Assembly (NCBI GenBank): GCA_950097015.1
Contig: CATNEN010000038.1
Span: forward strand, 30,132,001 to 30,196,000
Direction of reading: 5' to 3'
Length of the DNA stretch: 64,000 nucleotides
From: Macrostomum hystrix
Lineage: Eukaryota; Animalia; Platyhelminthes
A program made the position numbers and the translations under genes. Of this stretch, positions 23,959 to 37,308 are shown one piece after another; within the stretch, counting starts at the first letter, position 1; every line of letters begins with the position of its first letter. Under the pieces are notes generated by a model that saw only the letters and a program-made list of their open reading frames with translations, was not told where the DNA came from and did no database searches.

Positions 23959-24439
23959 TTAAATGGTGCAATTTAGTAGCTAAATTGATATCATTATCTG
24001 AGTCTCGAGTTGGCAATAACCTCTGCAGCCTCTGCTTCTTCTGATGATAACGAAGAAAGCTGAGTCTAATGTGTCATTGGCTACATTGCTTAATTATAGC
24101 TCTAGGCCCAATAGATGACTAACTTATTAAAATAAATTTGCGAACCAATGGGATGGTATCGATATGATGATTCTAGGACGCTTATTTCTTATTGGTTAAG
24201 CCAGCTATCCATAAGTCAAACTCCTCCTCAAATGAAAGCATCTTGTTGCAAAACACAATGACGAAACGAAATCTTGCATGTTCCGTCAATGGGAGCGATT
24301 ATATTGATACACGTAAAGAGTTTTCGTTACTCAGTCTCTTCAGATTTTTAGTTGCTACTTTATCAAAAGCAGATGGGAACGATAACACAGAGAGAGAGAT
24401 GGTGAATGCGACTTTTAGTTCGGGTGTACTACGAAAATG

Positions 24440-25597
24440 AAATGTTCAGACGGGGACTTAAATGTTCGGTAGAGGATTTAAATGTTCAGGAGAGAACTTA
24501 AATGTTCAGGAGAGAACTTGAATGTTCAGGAGAGAACTTAAATGTTCAGGAGAGGACTCAAATGTTCAGGAGAGAACTTGAATGTTCAGGAGAGAACTTG
24601 AATGTTCAGGAGAGAACTTAAATGTTCAGGAGAGAACTTGAATGTTCAGGAGAGAACTTAAATGTTCAGGAGAGGACTCAAATGTTCAGGAGAGAACTTG
24701 AATGTTCAGGAGAGAACTTGAATGTTCAGGAGAGAACTTAAATGTTCAGGAGAGGACTCAAATGTTCAGGAGAGAACTTGAATGTTCAGGAGAGAACTTG
24801 AATGTTCAGGAGAGAACTTAAATGTTCAGGAGAGGACTCAAATGTTCAGGAGAGAACTTGAATGTTCAGGAGAGAACTTGAATGTTCAGGAGAGAACTTA
24901 AATGTTCAGGAGAGAACTTGAATGTTCGGGAGAGAACCCAAATATTCAGGAGAGAACTTGAATGTTCAGGAGAGAACTTAAATATTCAGGAGAGGACTTA
25001 AATGTTCAGGAGAGAACTTGAATGTTCGGGAGAGAACTTAAATGTTCAGGAGAGGTCTTAAATGTTCAGGAGAGGACCCAAATATTCAGGAGAGGACTTA
25101 AATGTTCAGGAGAGAACTTGAATGTTCAGGAGAGGACTTAATTGCGCACGAGTACACCTGAATGTTCAGAGGAGGACTTTAATGTTCAGAAGAGGACTTC
25201 AATGTTCAGAAGAGGACTTCAATGTTCAGAAGAGGACTTCAATGTTCAGAAGAGGACTTCAATGTTCAGAAGAGGACTTTAATGTTCAGAAGAGGACTTC
25301 AATGTTCAGAAGAGGACTTAATTGCGCACGAGTACACCTGAATGTTCAGAGGAGGACTTTAATGTTCAGAAGAGGACTTCAATGTTCAGAAGAGGACCCA
25401 AATGTTCAGAAGAGGACTTCAATGTTCAGAAGAGGACCCAAATGTTCAGAAGAGGACTTCAATGTTCAGAAGAGGACCCAAATGTTCAGAAGAGGACTTC
25501 AATGTTCAGAAGAGGACTTGTATGTTCAAGAGTACACCTGAATGTTCAGGAGAGGACCCAAATGTTTAGGAGTACACCTGAATATTCAGGAGAGGAC
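24440..25597. repeat. 20-bp minisatellite (AATGTTCAGGAGAGAACTT[AG], shifting to AATGTTCAGAAGAGGACTTC)
   Basis: About 57 units in two variant domains. Confidence 0.97.
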
Positions 25598-26306
25598 AGG
25601 GGAAGAAGTTACGGAAAGTAGCTGATTAGTTAGGATAGCATGAGACAGACGCATATTCAATTTGATGGCAAAGTGAAAACTAATTCAGATGTTCGACATT
25701 CTCATATAACAGTCCCTCTAATCTTCTTCGGTAGATTAATCCCCAAAGCTCTGAGAGCAAATTGCATTACAGGAAGTTGAGCTCAGTTTAATTTAGTCGG
25801 ACATTTTTGTCTTCTAGGCTGACTATCTAAGTGTATTTTATAATATAAGAAGTCTAAGCTAGGGACGTCACGGCTGCTTGTGATACTAGTTATTCTAATA
25901 TACCTTGGTATATATTTCATTGTTTTAATATAAATTAGTTAAAACCCAATGCTCAAAGCAGATAATACACTATGAGCATTGATTGGAGTTTAGGCACGTT
26001 CACAGGCGCTTAATTAAATTTCCTATCATATTTATGATATAGAAAGAAGAAAATATATATGCCTGACACACAATGGTTCTTGAGTTACTTTTGCATTCAA
26101 TTTTTTTTTCAATTTTTTTGTTCTAGTACTTACAAGCTTTAAGTAGTATATACACACATATTTGAAAATAACTTTAATTAAAAAATTGATTTAAGGTGAC
26201 ATTCCGGTAGTTTTTTGACAAGGCAAACGTTAAAACAAAATAAAAAATGAACATTTTTACTTTCCTCAAGCAACAATGATGCCTACTTCTTTATTACTTT
26301 TTTATT

Positions 26307-26592
26307 ACACCTGCCCCAATTGGGTCAGATGTGCAGCCGACAGCACAGCCGCAGCTAATGCGCGGCGCATCTGAAGGCTGCGTACAGCTGTTCAGTCCAC
26401 GGACTGGGGGGACGCCACACCCACCTTCAATTATCCCAGCTGATGCTGGAACCCATTAAACAGCTGGGTGAACTGAAGCAATGCAGAGTTAAGTGTCTTG
26501 CTAAAGGACGCAAATTGTTCCAGTGGAGTCGGGAATCGAACCCCCGACCTTCAAGTCGTGAGTCCGAGGCCCTAACCACTAGGCTACAACCC
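26307..26592 (-). mobile_element. tRNA-derived SINE family B (CORE-like body), most complete copy
   Basis: Minus strand: GTAGCCTAGTGG..GGTTCGATTCC head, CCTTTAGCAAGACACTTAAC body, CAGGTGTAATAAAAAAAG tail; imperfect CTACTT..TTATTACTT flanking duplication. Confidence 0.8.
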
Positions 26593-26777
26593 CTGCTACT
26601 TATTATTACTTACATGTTATTCGACAGCCAATTAAAAATGATTATATTTATAATGAAAAAAACGAAAAGTATATAACTGTTAGTTTTAATCTTAAGAATA
26701 GTATTTTTTCATATTTTTTTAAAGTTTACTACTATTTTTGTAATGAATGAATAATGAAAGGTATTTTAATAACTCAC

Positions 26778-26943
26778 CCTGCGTATTGTAAGGAAAGTTG
26801 GGTTTCTTGCGCAACAGGGTCTTCACCTCGCGCAGGCTGTCCCTTCTTGACTCCAATTCGTTAATATAGTTTTTCACTTTCACTAATGCATCGTTCGGAT
26901 TTAAACTATCAGCGCTGGCTATGGATTGACGAGATAGGTCGGA
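26778..26943 (-). CDS. DMD: Dystrophin exon (spectrin repeat)
   Basis: ttgcag|SDLSRQ..KNYINELESRRDSLREV..|gtgagt; phases 0/1. Confidence 0.85.
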
Positions 26944-27164
26944 CTGCAACAAATTTAGCATAAAAATAAGTTCAGTGAGAAATTTATTGTTTGTAAATTC
27001 AATTCGGATATCAATGTTATAAGTATACTACTGGTAAGCTAGCTAAATAGTATTGGTCGAATATAGCTTTCAATGCAGTGCTTAATGTACTCTGACCTGA
27101 ATTGAAATATAATTTAACTCAAGCTAAATTAAATTTATATGAGGTAATATTCAATTTACTTTGT

Positions 27165-28165
27165 GCAAATCCAATACACCTAAAGCTTAATCCAATTCAC
27201 CTGAAGCTAAATCCAATTCCCCTGAAGCTAAATCCAATTCACCTGAAGCTAAATCCAATTCACCTGAAGCTAAATCCAATTCACCTGAAGCTTACTCCAA
27301 TTCACTTGAAGCTAAATCCAATTCCCCTGAAGCTAAATCCAATTCACCTGAAGCTAAATCCAATTCACCTGAAGCTTACTCCAATTCACCTGAAGCTAAA
27401 TCCAATTCCCCTGAAGCTAAATCCAATTCACCTGAAGCTTAATCCAATTCACCTGAAGCTTACTCCAATTCACCTGAAGCTAAATCCAATTCCCCTGAAG
27501 CTAAATCCAATTCCCTGAAGCTAAATCCTATTCCCCAGAAGCTAAATCCAATTTACCTCAAGCTTAATCCAATTCCCTTGAAGCTAAATAAAATGTACCT
27601 CAAGCTAAATCCAATTTACCTGAAGCCAAATTTAATTCACCCGATGCTAAATTTAATTCACCTGAAGCTAAATTTAATTCACCTAAAGCTAAATCCAATT
27701 CACCTGAAGTAAATCCAATTCACCTGAAGCCAAATTTAATTCACCCGATGCTAAATTTAATTCACCTGAAGCTAAATTTAATTCACCTGAAGCCAAATTT
27801 AATTCATCTGAAGCTAAATTTAATTCACCTGAAGCTAAATTTAATTCACCTGAAGCCAAATTTAATTCATCTGAAGCTAAATCCAATTCACCTGAAGCTA
27901 AATCCAATTCACCTGAAGCTAAATCCAATTTACCTCAAGCTTAATCAAATTTACCTGAAGCCAAATTTAATTCACCTGAAGTAAATCCAATTCACCTGAA
28001 GCTAAATCCAATTCACCTGAAGTAAATCCAATTCACCTGAAGTAAATCCAATTCACCTGAAGCTAAATCCAATTTACCTCAAGCTTAATCAAATTTACCT
28101 GAAGCCAAATTTAATTCACCTGAAGCTAAATCCAATTCACCTGAAGCTAATTCATCTAATTCATC
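27165..28165. repeat. 21-bp minisatellite (CACCTGAAGCTAAATCCAATT)
   Basis: About 47 units reaching about 30 nt from the donor at 28193. Confidence 0.97.
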
Positions 28166-28193
28166 TGAGTGATTCAATCAGCAATGAACTCAC

Positions 28194-28817
28194 ATCGTCT
28201 CCATCCGGCAAGCGTCCAATAGTGATTCGTTGATTCTTCAAAAAATGATGAATCTTATCTAGCCAAGCAGCCAGATGGTGCAGAGCCTGCGGATCGAACA
28301 CCGGCGAGGGGGAAGCGCAAGCTGAAGATGACGACTGCGGAGCAGCGGAAGTTACCGGTTGAGCGCGTTGAGCAGTGACCGGAGCAGAAGCAGAAGCAGG
28401 AGCGGGAGCAGAGGTAACAGCAGTAGAACAGGCTTCAGTGTACATAGCAGCCAGACGAAGCCACTCATTGGCTAGCGATTTCATTCGATTGCGCAAAGAC
28501 TCGCTGACGCAATCAACTCGCGTATCTTTGTCAATCGGATCGCCAGAGTCGAGCATAGCAGAGTAGCGTTCGGCTAATAGACGATATTCCGTCTCTCTGT
28601 CTGACCAATCTCTGGGACTGATGTCAACTAGGGCTAGTCTTTGTTCTGACGACATGTCGCCAACTTGTGATGTCGGCGTACTAACCAACTGGCAAGCTAT
28701 CCAAGATTCCAAATCGTCTAGGGAGGCTTGGAACGCTTCTAAAGAGCATATATCTGATTCCAGTGCCAATTGTCGTTCAGCAACAGTTAATTGCAGTTGA
28801 CTGTACAGATTGCCAAT
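28194..28817 (-). CDS. DMD: Dystrophin exon (spectrin repeats)
   Basis: tttcag|IGNLYSQL..FQASLDDLESWI..LANEWLRL..LAAWLDKI..|gtgagt; 208 codons, phases 0/0. Confidence 0.9.
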
Positions 28818-28954
28818 CTGAAATTTGTGGAAATATGCGCCATTCTTACTACTTATTGACTGAGTTAAGTAGTGAAAAAAGACTTGAGTGATAAAAACTG
28901 ATGACACGGATATCATAGGCATAGACAAACAGACAAAAGGAAAGGACGCAAGAA

Positions 28955-30235
28955 CAGACAGGTAGAAACACTGAAAAGACAGGTAGAAACACTGAAAAGA
29001 CAGGTAGAAACACCAAAAAGACAGGTAGAAACACTGAAAAGATAGGTAGGAACACTGAAAAGACAGGTAGAAACACTGAAAAGACAGGTAGGAACACTGA
29101 AAAGACAGGTAGAAACACTGAAAAGACAGGTAGGAACACTGAAAAGACAGGTAGGAACACTGAATAGACAGGTAGACACACTGAAAAGACAGGTAGAAAC
29201 ACCAAAAAGACAGGTAGAAACACTGAATAGACAGGTAGGAACACTGAAAAGACAGGTAGAAACACTGAAAAGACAGGTAGAAACACTGAAAAGACAGGTA
29301 GAAACACTGAAAAGACAGGTAGGAACACTGAAAAGACAGGTAGAAACACTGAAAAGACAGGTAGAAACACTGAAAAGACAGGTAGGAACACTGAAAAGAC
29401 AGGTAGAAACACTGAAAAGACAGGTAGAAACACCAAAAAGACAGGTAGAAACACTGAATAGACAGGTAGGAACACTGAAAAGACAGGTAGAAACACTGAA
29501 AAGACAGGTAGAAACACCAAAAAGACAGGTAGAAACACTGAATAGACAGGTAGGAACACTGAAAAGACAGGTAGAAACACTGAAAAGACAGGTAGAAACA
29601 CCAAAAAGACAGGTAGAAACACTGAAAAGACAGGTAGGAACACTGAAAAGACAGGTAGAAACACTGAAAAGACAGGTAGAAACACCAAAAAGACAGGTAG
29701 AAACACTGAAAAGACAGGTAGGAACACTGAAAAGACAGGTAGAAACACTGAAAAGACAGGTAGAAACACTGAAAAGACAGGTGGGAACACTGAAAAGACA
29801 GGTAGAAACACTGAAAAGACAGGTAGAAACACCAAAAAGACAGGTAGAAACACTGAATAGACAGGTAGGAACACTGAAAAGACAGGTAGAAACACTGAAA
29901 AGACAGGTAGAAACACCAAAAAGACAGGTAGAAACACTGAATAGACAGGTAGGAACACTGAAAAGACAGGTAGAAACACTGAAAAGACAGGTAGAAACAC
30001 CAAAAAGACAGGTAGAAACACTGAAAAGACAGGTAGGAACACTGAAAAGACAGGTAGAAACACTGAAAAGACAGGTAGAAACACCAAAAAGACAGGTAGA
30101 AACACTGAAAAGACAGGTAGGAACACTGAAAAGACAGGTAGAAACACTGAAAAGACAGGTAGAAACACTGAAAAGACAGGTGGGAACACTGAAAAGACAG
30201 GTAGAAACACTGAAAAGACAGGTAGACACAGGCAG
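28955..30235. repeat. 21-bp minisatellite (AAAGACAGGTAGAAACACTGA) with an 84-bp higher-order period
   Basis: About 60 units; variants recur every 4 units; fills intron 28818-30250. Confidence 0.97.
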
Positions 30236-30250
30236 ACATCCAAGACAGAC

Positions 30251-30611
30251 CTGATTAGCCTTCTCTTTCAGTGCAGCCAGCTGCTGCTGTTGCTGCTGCA
30301 AGCCGGCAAGGCGCTCGCAAGCGGCCAGCAGTTCGCTAACCCTCAGTCCCTCAGTCTCCAGTCCAGTTTGAATGCCGCTCAGTTCAGTGAGAAGTCGACG
30401 ATGACCCAAAAGATCATCGGCCAATAGAAGACTTCGCTTCGAGTGCCTGGCGGCGCCGGCGTCAACGGTTGCCTGGGCCCGAGACAGCCAAGCCAGCAGG
30501 GCGTCGCATTCGGTAACTAGATCGTCCAGTTGTTGACAATTCGTAGCTGAAGCTGAAGCGGCTGGCAATGATCTGATCGACTGGCTGGGCGTCGATGTGA
30601 TCGAACCAGAT
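30251..30611 (-). CDS. DMD: Dystrophin exon (spectrin repeat)
   Basis: QLDDLVTECDALLAWLSRAQ; ttctag and gtctg sites; phases 2/0. Confidence 0.85.
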
Positions 30612-30904
30612 CTAGAACAGGGTGCGGTTTTGTAGAATTATTGTAGTGGCGCTGGGACCTTTGTGAGTCGACGCTAATTTGGGACGCAGCCGCTGAGAAA
30701 AGGCTTCATGAGCTTTTGTCATAAAATGAAAAGACAGTCCTCCTTCAAGTGTCGTAAAAATTATGATTCTTAAACATATTTATTCGCCCAATTTCAGATG
30801 GGTGAATTGAACAACTGTGAAGCCTCACAAACGATAAGCTAATAAATTTCACGATTTGAGAATAAAAATCAATACTTTATGTCAAGCACTGCCTCAATAT
30901 TCAT

Positions 30905-31460
30905 CCCCAATCAATCCCACATTCTCCCATCTAATCTGACCCACAATCTCCCATCCAATCTGACCCACATTCTCACATCCAATGTACCCCACATTCTCAC
31001 ATCCAATCTGACCCACATTCTCACATCCAATCTGACCCACATTCTCACATCCAATCTGACCCACATTCTCCCATCTAATCTGACCCACATTCTCCCATCT
31101 AATCTGACCCACATTCTCCCATCCAATGTACCCCACATTCTCACATCCAATCTGACCCACATTCTCCCATCCAATCTGACCCACGTTCTCCCATCCAATC
31201 TACCCCACATTCACCCATCCAATCTGACCCACGTTCTCACATCCAATCTGACCCACATTCTCACATCCAACCTACCCCACATTCACCCATCCAATCTACC
31301 AAACATTCACCCATCCAATCTACCAAACATTCACCCATCCAATCTGACCCACATTCTCACATCCAATCTACCCCACATTCACCCATCCAATCTGACCCAC
31401 ATTCTCACATCCAATCTACCCCACATTCAGCTGTCCAATCTGACCCACATTCTCCCATCC
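30905..31460. repeat. 24-bp minisatellite (CCCACATTCTCACATCCAATCTGA)
   Basis: About 23 units. Confidence 0.95.
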
Positions 31461-31982
31461 AGTCTTACGTTACATGTACTCGTACTTTCTGCCATTCGCT
31501 CTACTCACTTTATTAATCAATTTCAACCTAATTTTATCTATCTTGATGTTTTCTCCTTCACTTTGCATTTGGTTTGTTGTAAACAAAATTAAAAGAAAAC
31601 ACGGAGAAGTAAATTAACTGCTTGTAGTAAATACTCGATTCTAAGCTCGTATCTCTTAAAAAATCACATAGAAACGCCAATCAGGAACGATCGATACCCT
31701 GCAGTTTTAGCCTTCTGTGAGCCAAAACAACTTTCCTTCTGGGGATAAATCGATTTCTGGAAATTACGCTCGCAGTTGTGCTGTCGGGAAAGTAGAGAAA
31801 AATACACTATATGCATGCGTATACATGTATATTTGAACCTACGCAATGACTAGAATATAAACATGAGAAGACTAGCTAGCAGATTCTGTTTTTGACAATA
31901 ATCGGAATTACATATAGAGTCTGAAAGTTGGGCCAATTCGGATATATTATATGCTAATGGTTTTAGATTCTAGTTAACCAGT

Positions 31983-32875
31983 TCTTGCTTCGATTCCGGC
32001 AACGGCTACTGCCGCGATTCCACTACAACTGCTTTCTTGCTTCGATTCCAGTGTAACTTCTTTCCTGCTTCGATTCTAGCTACGGATACTGCTGCGATTC
32101 CAGTACAACTGCTTTCTCGCTTCGATTCTAGCTACGGATACTGCTGCGATTCCAGTACAACTGCTTTCTCGCTTCGATTCTAGCTACGGATACTGCTGCG
32201 ATTCCAGTGAAACTGCTTTCTCGCTTCGATTCTAGCTACGGATACTGCTGCGATTCCAGTGAAACTGCTTTCTTGCTTCGATTCCAGTGTAACTGCTTTC
32301 TTACTTCGATTCCAGCTATGGATACTGCTGCGATTCCAGTACAACTGCTTTCTCGCTTCGATTCTAGCTACGGATACTGCTGCGATTCCAGTGTAACTGC
32401 TTTCTTGCTTCGATTCTAGCTACGGATACTGCTGCGATTCCAGTACAACTGCTTTCTCGCTTCGATTCTAGCTACGGATACTGCTGCGATTCCAGTACAA
32501 CTGCTTTCTTACTTCGATTCCAGCTATGGATACTGCTGCGATTCCAGTACAACTGCTTTCTCGCTTCGATTCTAGCTACGGATACTGCTGCGATTCCAGT
32601 GAAACTGCTTTCTTGCTTCGATTCCAGTGTAACTGCTTTCTTACTTCGATTCCAGCTATGGATACTGCTGCGATTCCAGTACAACTGCTTTCTTACTTCG
32701 ATTCCAGCTATGGATACTGCTGCGATTCCAGTACAACTGCTTTCTTGCTTCGATTCCAGCTACGGATACTGCTGCGATTCCAGTGTAACTGCTTTCTTGC
32801 TTCGATTCCAGCTACGGATACTGCTGCGATTCCAGTACAACTGCTTTCTTGCTTCGATTCCATCTACGGATACTT
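31983..32875. repeat. 52-bp minisatellite made of two CGATTC-containing subunits
   Basis: TTCGATTCTAGCTACGGATACTGCTGCGATTCCAGTACAACTGCTTTCTCGC in tandem, with occasional extra half-units. Confidence 0.95.
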
Positions 32876-33519
32876 GCTAACTTAACAAAAATAAAATAAT
32901 AATCGATTCCAATAGAAAACTATCAGGTGTCAAAAATTGGCGCCAATTTAACTATCATAACATCGAGAACATGTTGGTTCATATCTGTCTAGTACTTACT
33001 AGGTTCAAGCTTAAGTTCTATGCATGTGTTAGGCTATAAAACATTCTTTCATATCTTCCCAGGTCACAGTCGCACCCTACTCCCCTTAGCAACAGATGTG
33101 TCCAGATCAAATATTATCCTTCCCTATAAGCCAGCCTTCTATTCCAACGTGAAATATACGCTGGGAGATTGTTAGGAAGTGTAGAGTACTACAAAATTTC
33201 TCGTCTCTCAATTCCATCGCGAGCTAGTACGAGTACTTGTAACTAGAATAAATCTACTACGATGATGACAGGTGAGTTAAGAGGCTTGATTGAGGCACAC
33301 GGAGCACTTAACAAGTCCTATGCGAGTTTGTGTTGACACTGCCATCACAGGTACAAGTGTTTTATTGCTTTCTAATCGGTCCTGACAATCTAGCAGCATT
33401 AGCTTCAGATACTTATGATTTACTTTGGACCAATGACAACGTAGACAAGGATTAAAATATATAAAAATAGAAAACTTCTTTTGCGCGAATGATCTACCCT
33501 TATAATTTTCAGCAGTAAA

Positions 33520-34345
33520 GGGTCTTGCTGCGATTCTTCAAAAAGTTCCTGCTTCGATTCCAGCTACGGGTCTTGCTGCGATTCTTTAAAAACTTCGATT
33601 CCAGCTATGGGTCTTGCTGCGATTCTTCAAAAACTTCGATTCCAGCAATGGGTCTTGCTGCGATTTTTTAAAAACTTCGATTCCAGCTATGGGTCTTGCT
33701 GCGATTCTTTAAAAACTTCGATTCCAGCTATGGGTCTTGCTGCGATTCTTTAAAAACTTGGATTCCAGTTACGAGTCTTGCTGCGATTCTTAAAAAACTT
33801 GGATTCCAGTTATGGGTCTTGCTGCGCTTCTTTAAAAACTTGGATTCCAGTTACGAGTCTTGCTGCGATTCTTTAAAAACTTGGATTCCAGTTACGAGTC
33901 TTGCTGCGATTCTTAAAAACTTGGATTCCAGCTATGGGTCTTGCTGCGCTTCTTTAAAAACTTGGATTCCAGTTACGAGTCTTGCTGCGATTCTTAAAAA
34001 ACTTGGATTCCAGTTACGAGTCTTGCTGCGATTCTTTAAAAACTTGGATTCCAGTTACGAGTCTTGCTGCGATTCTTAAAAACTTGGATTCCAGCTATGG
34101 GTCTTGCTGCGCTTCTTTAAAAACTTCGATTCCAGCAATGGGTCTTGCTGCGATTCTTTAAAAACTTGGATTCCAGTTACGAGTCTTGCTGCGATTCTTA
34201 AAAACTTGGATTCCAGCTACGGGTCTTGCTGCGCTTCTTTAAAAACTTCGATTCCAGCTATGGGTCTTGCTGCGATTCTTAGAAAACTTCGATTCCAGCA
34301 ATGGGTCTTGCTGCGATTCCTACAAAAAGTTCATGCCTCGATTTC
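33520..34345. repeat. 40-41 bp minisatellite related to the 52-bp array
   Basis: TTCGATTCCAGCTATGGGTCTTGCTGCGATTCTTTAAAAAC in tandem. Confidence 0.95.
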
Positions 34346-35727
34346 AGCTTCTTCGGTTCTAGCTATCACTAGCTTGTTGCTACGATTCCGTCAAGGGCTT
34401 CGGTAAAAGTAGAATTTTAGGTACTTTAAAATGTGAAATATCGTGCCTAGCAAGCCCTCACACTTGTAATTAAGGGTTGTTAGCCACACACCTGGACAAG
34501 AAAAAAAGTTGACACACGCACACACACACACACACACCGTGACAGTATACTAATATATGTATTTTTCTGACAGAAAACTAAACTAGAAACGATCGAAACG
34601 CCGCTAATTGGGCCACGAGGTGCGAACGACAAGCGAACTTAAAAAAAACTAGCAGCAACAGCAGCAGCATTGATTCTCCACGCATAGAATCCAATTAGCT
34701 AACGAAGCTAAATAACCCACTGGTCGTTGAGTTTTGGCCCAGAAAATTCAAAAGCTAAATTGTAGGGAGAAAAACACAACATAACTCGCTAGTCTGCAAG
34801 TCGGATGGTGAAATTAGGCATTCCTTTTGAAATGATCAACGAGACTGCATGTTGTGACTGGCAGTCTAACATGCTAGTTTTTTTCTCCCATAAAGTACAA
34901 CCTGCCAAAACCCCGTACAGGTAGCAAATAGTTCGTATTTTAAGATTTTAGATGTGTTACTTAGATATTTTGAGTTGGGATTTGGGACTCATTGTCAATA
35001 CTTTGAGACGTCTATAATAGTTGAAATAGTTTCTGTAAATATTTTATTGAATCTAATACGAAATTTCACAGTACAGTTATTGATTAAAATCTGTCATATA
35101 TTGGCTTATTATAGTGAATAAAATACATTAGAACATAGCACACACACTCACAGACACAAAGCAATGGCAAGACGAGGCTGTTTGAGAGTGGAACTTTGGA
35201 TGGCAGACAAACTGAAGAAAGATAGGAGAGAGAGAGGGACAAACTTGGGGGCGAGTAGGGCATGCGAGCAGCAGCAGCAGCAGCAGCCTTCTGAGCACAC
35301 TGGGGCCGAGTAGGGAATGCAGGATGAAGGGGGTTAGCGCAAGAAGACAGGATGCTGGAAGATGAGGACTGATTGAATTGGGCAGGCCTGCGGGGACAGA
35401 AACACACATGAATTCCATCTCGCTAGTGAATTCAGTGAATGTCTGGCAGCAAAAGAACTGGTTGCTTCAAGACTACACTAAACTTGATTGGAGAGTTTGA
35501 AATAGGACGACAAATAAGCTGCCTGTGAGATGGCACTCGTTCAAATTGTGCATACCGCGCTTATGTTGTACTTAGAAATCTAAGCATAGCATACTGATGA
35601 GACCTTGATTTTCTCTTCAATTCGACTGGGAATGGTCAAAGGGTTATACACATCTCAATATATGTATTCACCCCATACATATATGCATGTACGTTGGCAC
35701 AATTCGTATTTATTTGCTGTTTATTCG

Positions 35728-36587
35728 CTTTCACAGCTCACTCACATTCACAGTTGATTCACATTCACTGCTGATTTACATTCACAGTTGATTCACATTC
35801 ACAGCTCATTCACATATACAGCTCATTCACATTCACAGTTCATTCACATCCACAGCTCATTCACATTCACTGCTTATTCACATTCACGGCTCATTAAAAT
35901 TCACAGCTCATTCACATACACAGCTCATTCACATTCACAGCTCATTAAAATTCACAGCTCATTCACATTCACAGCTCATTCACATTCACAGCTCATTCAC
36001 ATTCACAGCTCATTCACATTCACAGCTCATTAAAATTCACAGCTCATTCACATACACAGCTCATTCACATTCACAGCTTATTCACATTCACAGCTCATTC
36101 ACATTCACGGCTCATTCACATTCACGGCTCATTAAAATTCACAGCTTATTCACACTCACTGCTTATTCACATTCACGGCTCATTAAAATTCACAGCTCAT
36201 TCACATTCACGGCTCATTAAAATTCACAGCTCATTCACATTCACAGCTCATTCACATTCACAGCTCATTCACATTCACGGCTCATTAAAATTCACAGCTC
36301 ATTCACATTCACAGCTCATTCACATTCACAGCTCATTCACATTCACAGCTCATTCACATTCACGGCTCATTAAAGTTCACAGCTCATTCACATTCACAGC
36401 TCATTCACATTCACAGCTCATTCACATTCACAGCTCATTCACATTCACAGCTCATTCACATTCACAGCTCATTCACATTCACAGCTCATTCACATTCACG
36501 GCTCATTCACATTCACAGCTCATTCACGTTCACAGCTTATTCACATTCACGGCTCATTAAAATTCACAGCTCATTCACATTCACAGT
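35728..36587. repeat. 17-bp minisatellite (CACAGCTCATTCACATT)
   Basis: About 50 units starting about 12 nt from the donor at 36599. Confidence 0.97.
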
Positions 36588-36599
36588 CCTGTAACTCAC

Positions 36600-36989
36600 G
36601 CCACCTCGGACGCGGCGCTAACGCTGTCATCAGACTGCGCAGCAAAGGCTGCTTCATTCCGTTCAGCAGCCAATAGTAGAGCTTCTCTACACTGGCGCAA
36701 CAGTGTCAGCACCTCAGTTTTAGCGTAGGTCGATTCGGCGCAGATTAACGGACACGAGCGGAGTAGAGTTTTATTATCGATAGCGTTAAATTCGCGGCGA
36801 TCATTTCGATTGCTTGGATCGGAATCAATAAGCAATGCTTCGGCTTGAACGGTAACAGCATCTAAGCGACTTAACAAGCAGTCAGTATTATATTTGAACA
36901 ATCCAGAGCAGAGCATGTCGCTACAAGTGGTGACAGTGTGAAATTCCACAATAAACTGACGCCACTGACAAGCCGAATTCATCCAGCGA
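36600..36989 (-). CDS. DMD: Dystrophin exon, symmetric phase 2/2, non-spectrin-like (possibly isoform-specific)
   Basis: ttttag acceptor and gtgagt donor; 390 nt open; in frame with both neighbours. Confidence 0.65.
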
Positions 36990-37149
36990 CTAAAATGAAA
37001 ATACATTTATTGAAATCGATTAGTTTTTATAGACACAATAATCGCAGGATAATTTATCAGATTTGGATAATCGGTTAAACTTAGAAGGAACAATTTTCTA
37101 GGAAATTTGCTAATTGAGGGGTTAATTACTACAATTTTAATAAAACTCC

Positions 37150-37308
37150 CAATTACATTAGCTGATGCTGGTGACCATTTGACAGGTGGGTGAAGCTACG
37201 CAGGAGTTAAGTGTCTTGCTAAAGGACACAAATTGTTCCAGCGGAGTTGGGAATCGAACCGCCAACCTTCAACTCGTGAGTCTGACACTCTAATCACCAG
37301 GCTACAAC
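37150..37308 (-). mobile_element. SINE family B, truncated copy
   Basis: Shares GAGTTAAGTGTCTTGCTAAAGGAC..GGGAATCGAACC with 26307-26592. Confidence 0.8.

Noticed and set aside
32994-33060. GTAAGT donor-like site near 32999
   Set aside because: The frame needed to join exon 30611 contains stop codons.
35084-35418. Minus-strand ORFs ending near a GTGAGT, as another first exon
   Set aside because: The donor would be phase 0 or 1, but the next acceptor (30611) needs phase 2; the sequence is low-complexity and may be UTR or promoter.
35590-35660. Hammerhead-ribozyme-like CTGATGA-GACC...GGTC-AAA
   Set aside because: The G of the GAAA core is missing and I could not build stems I and III.
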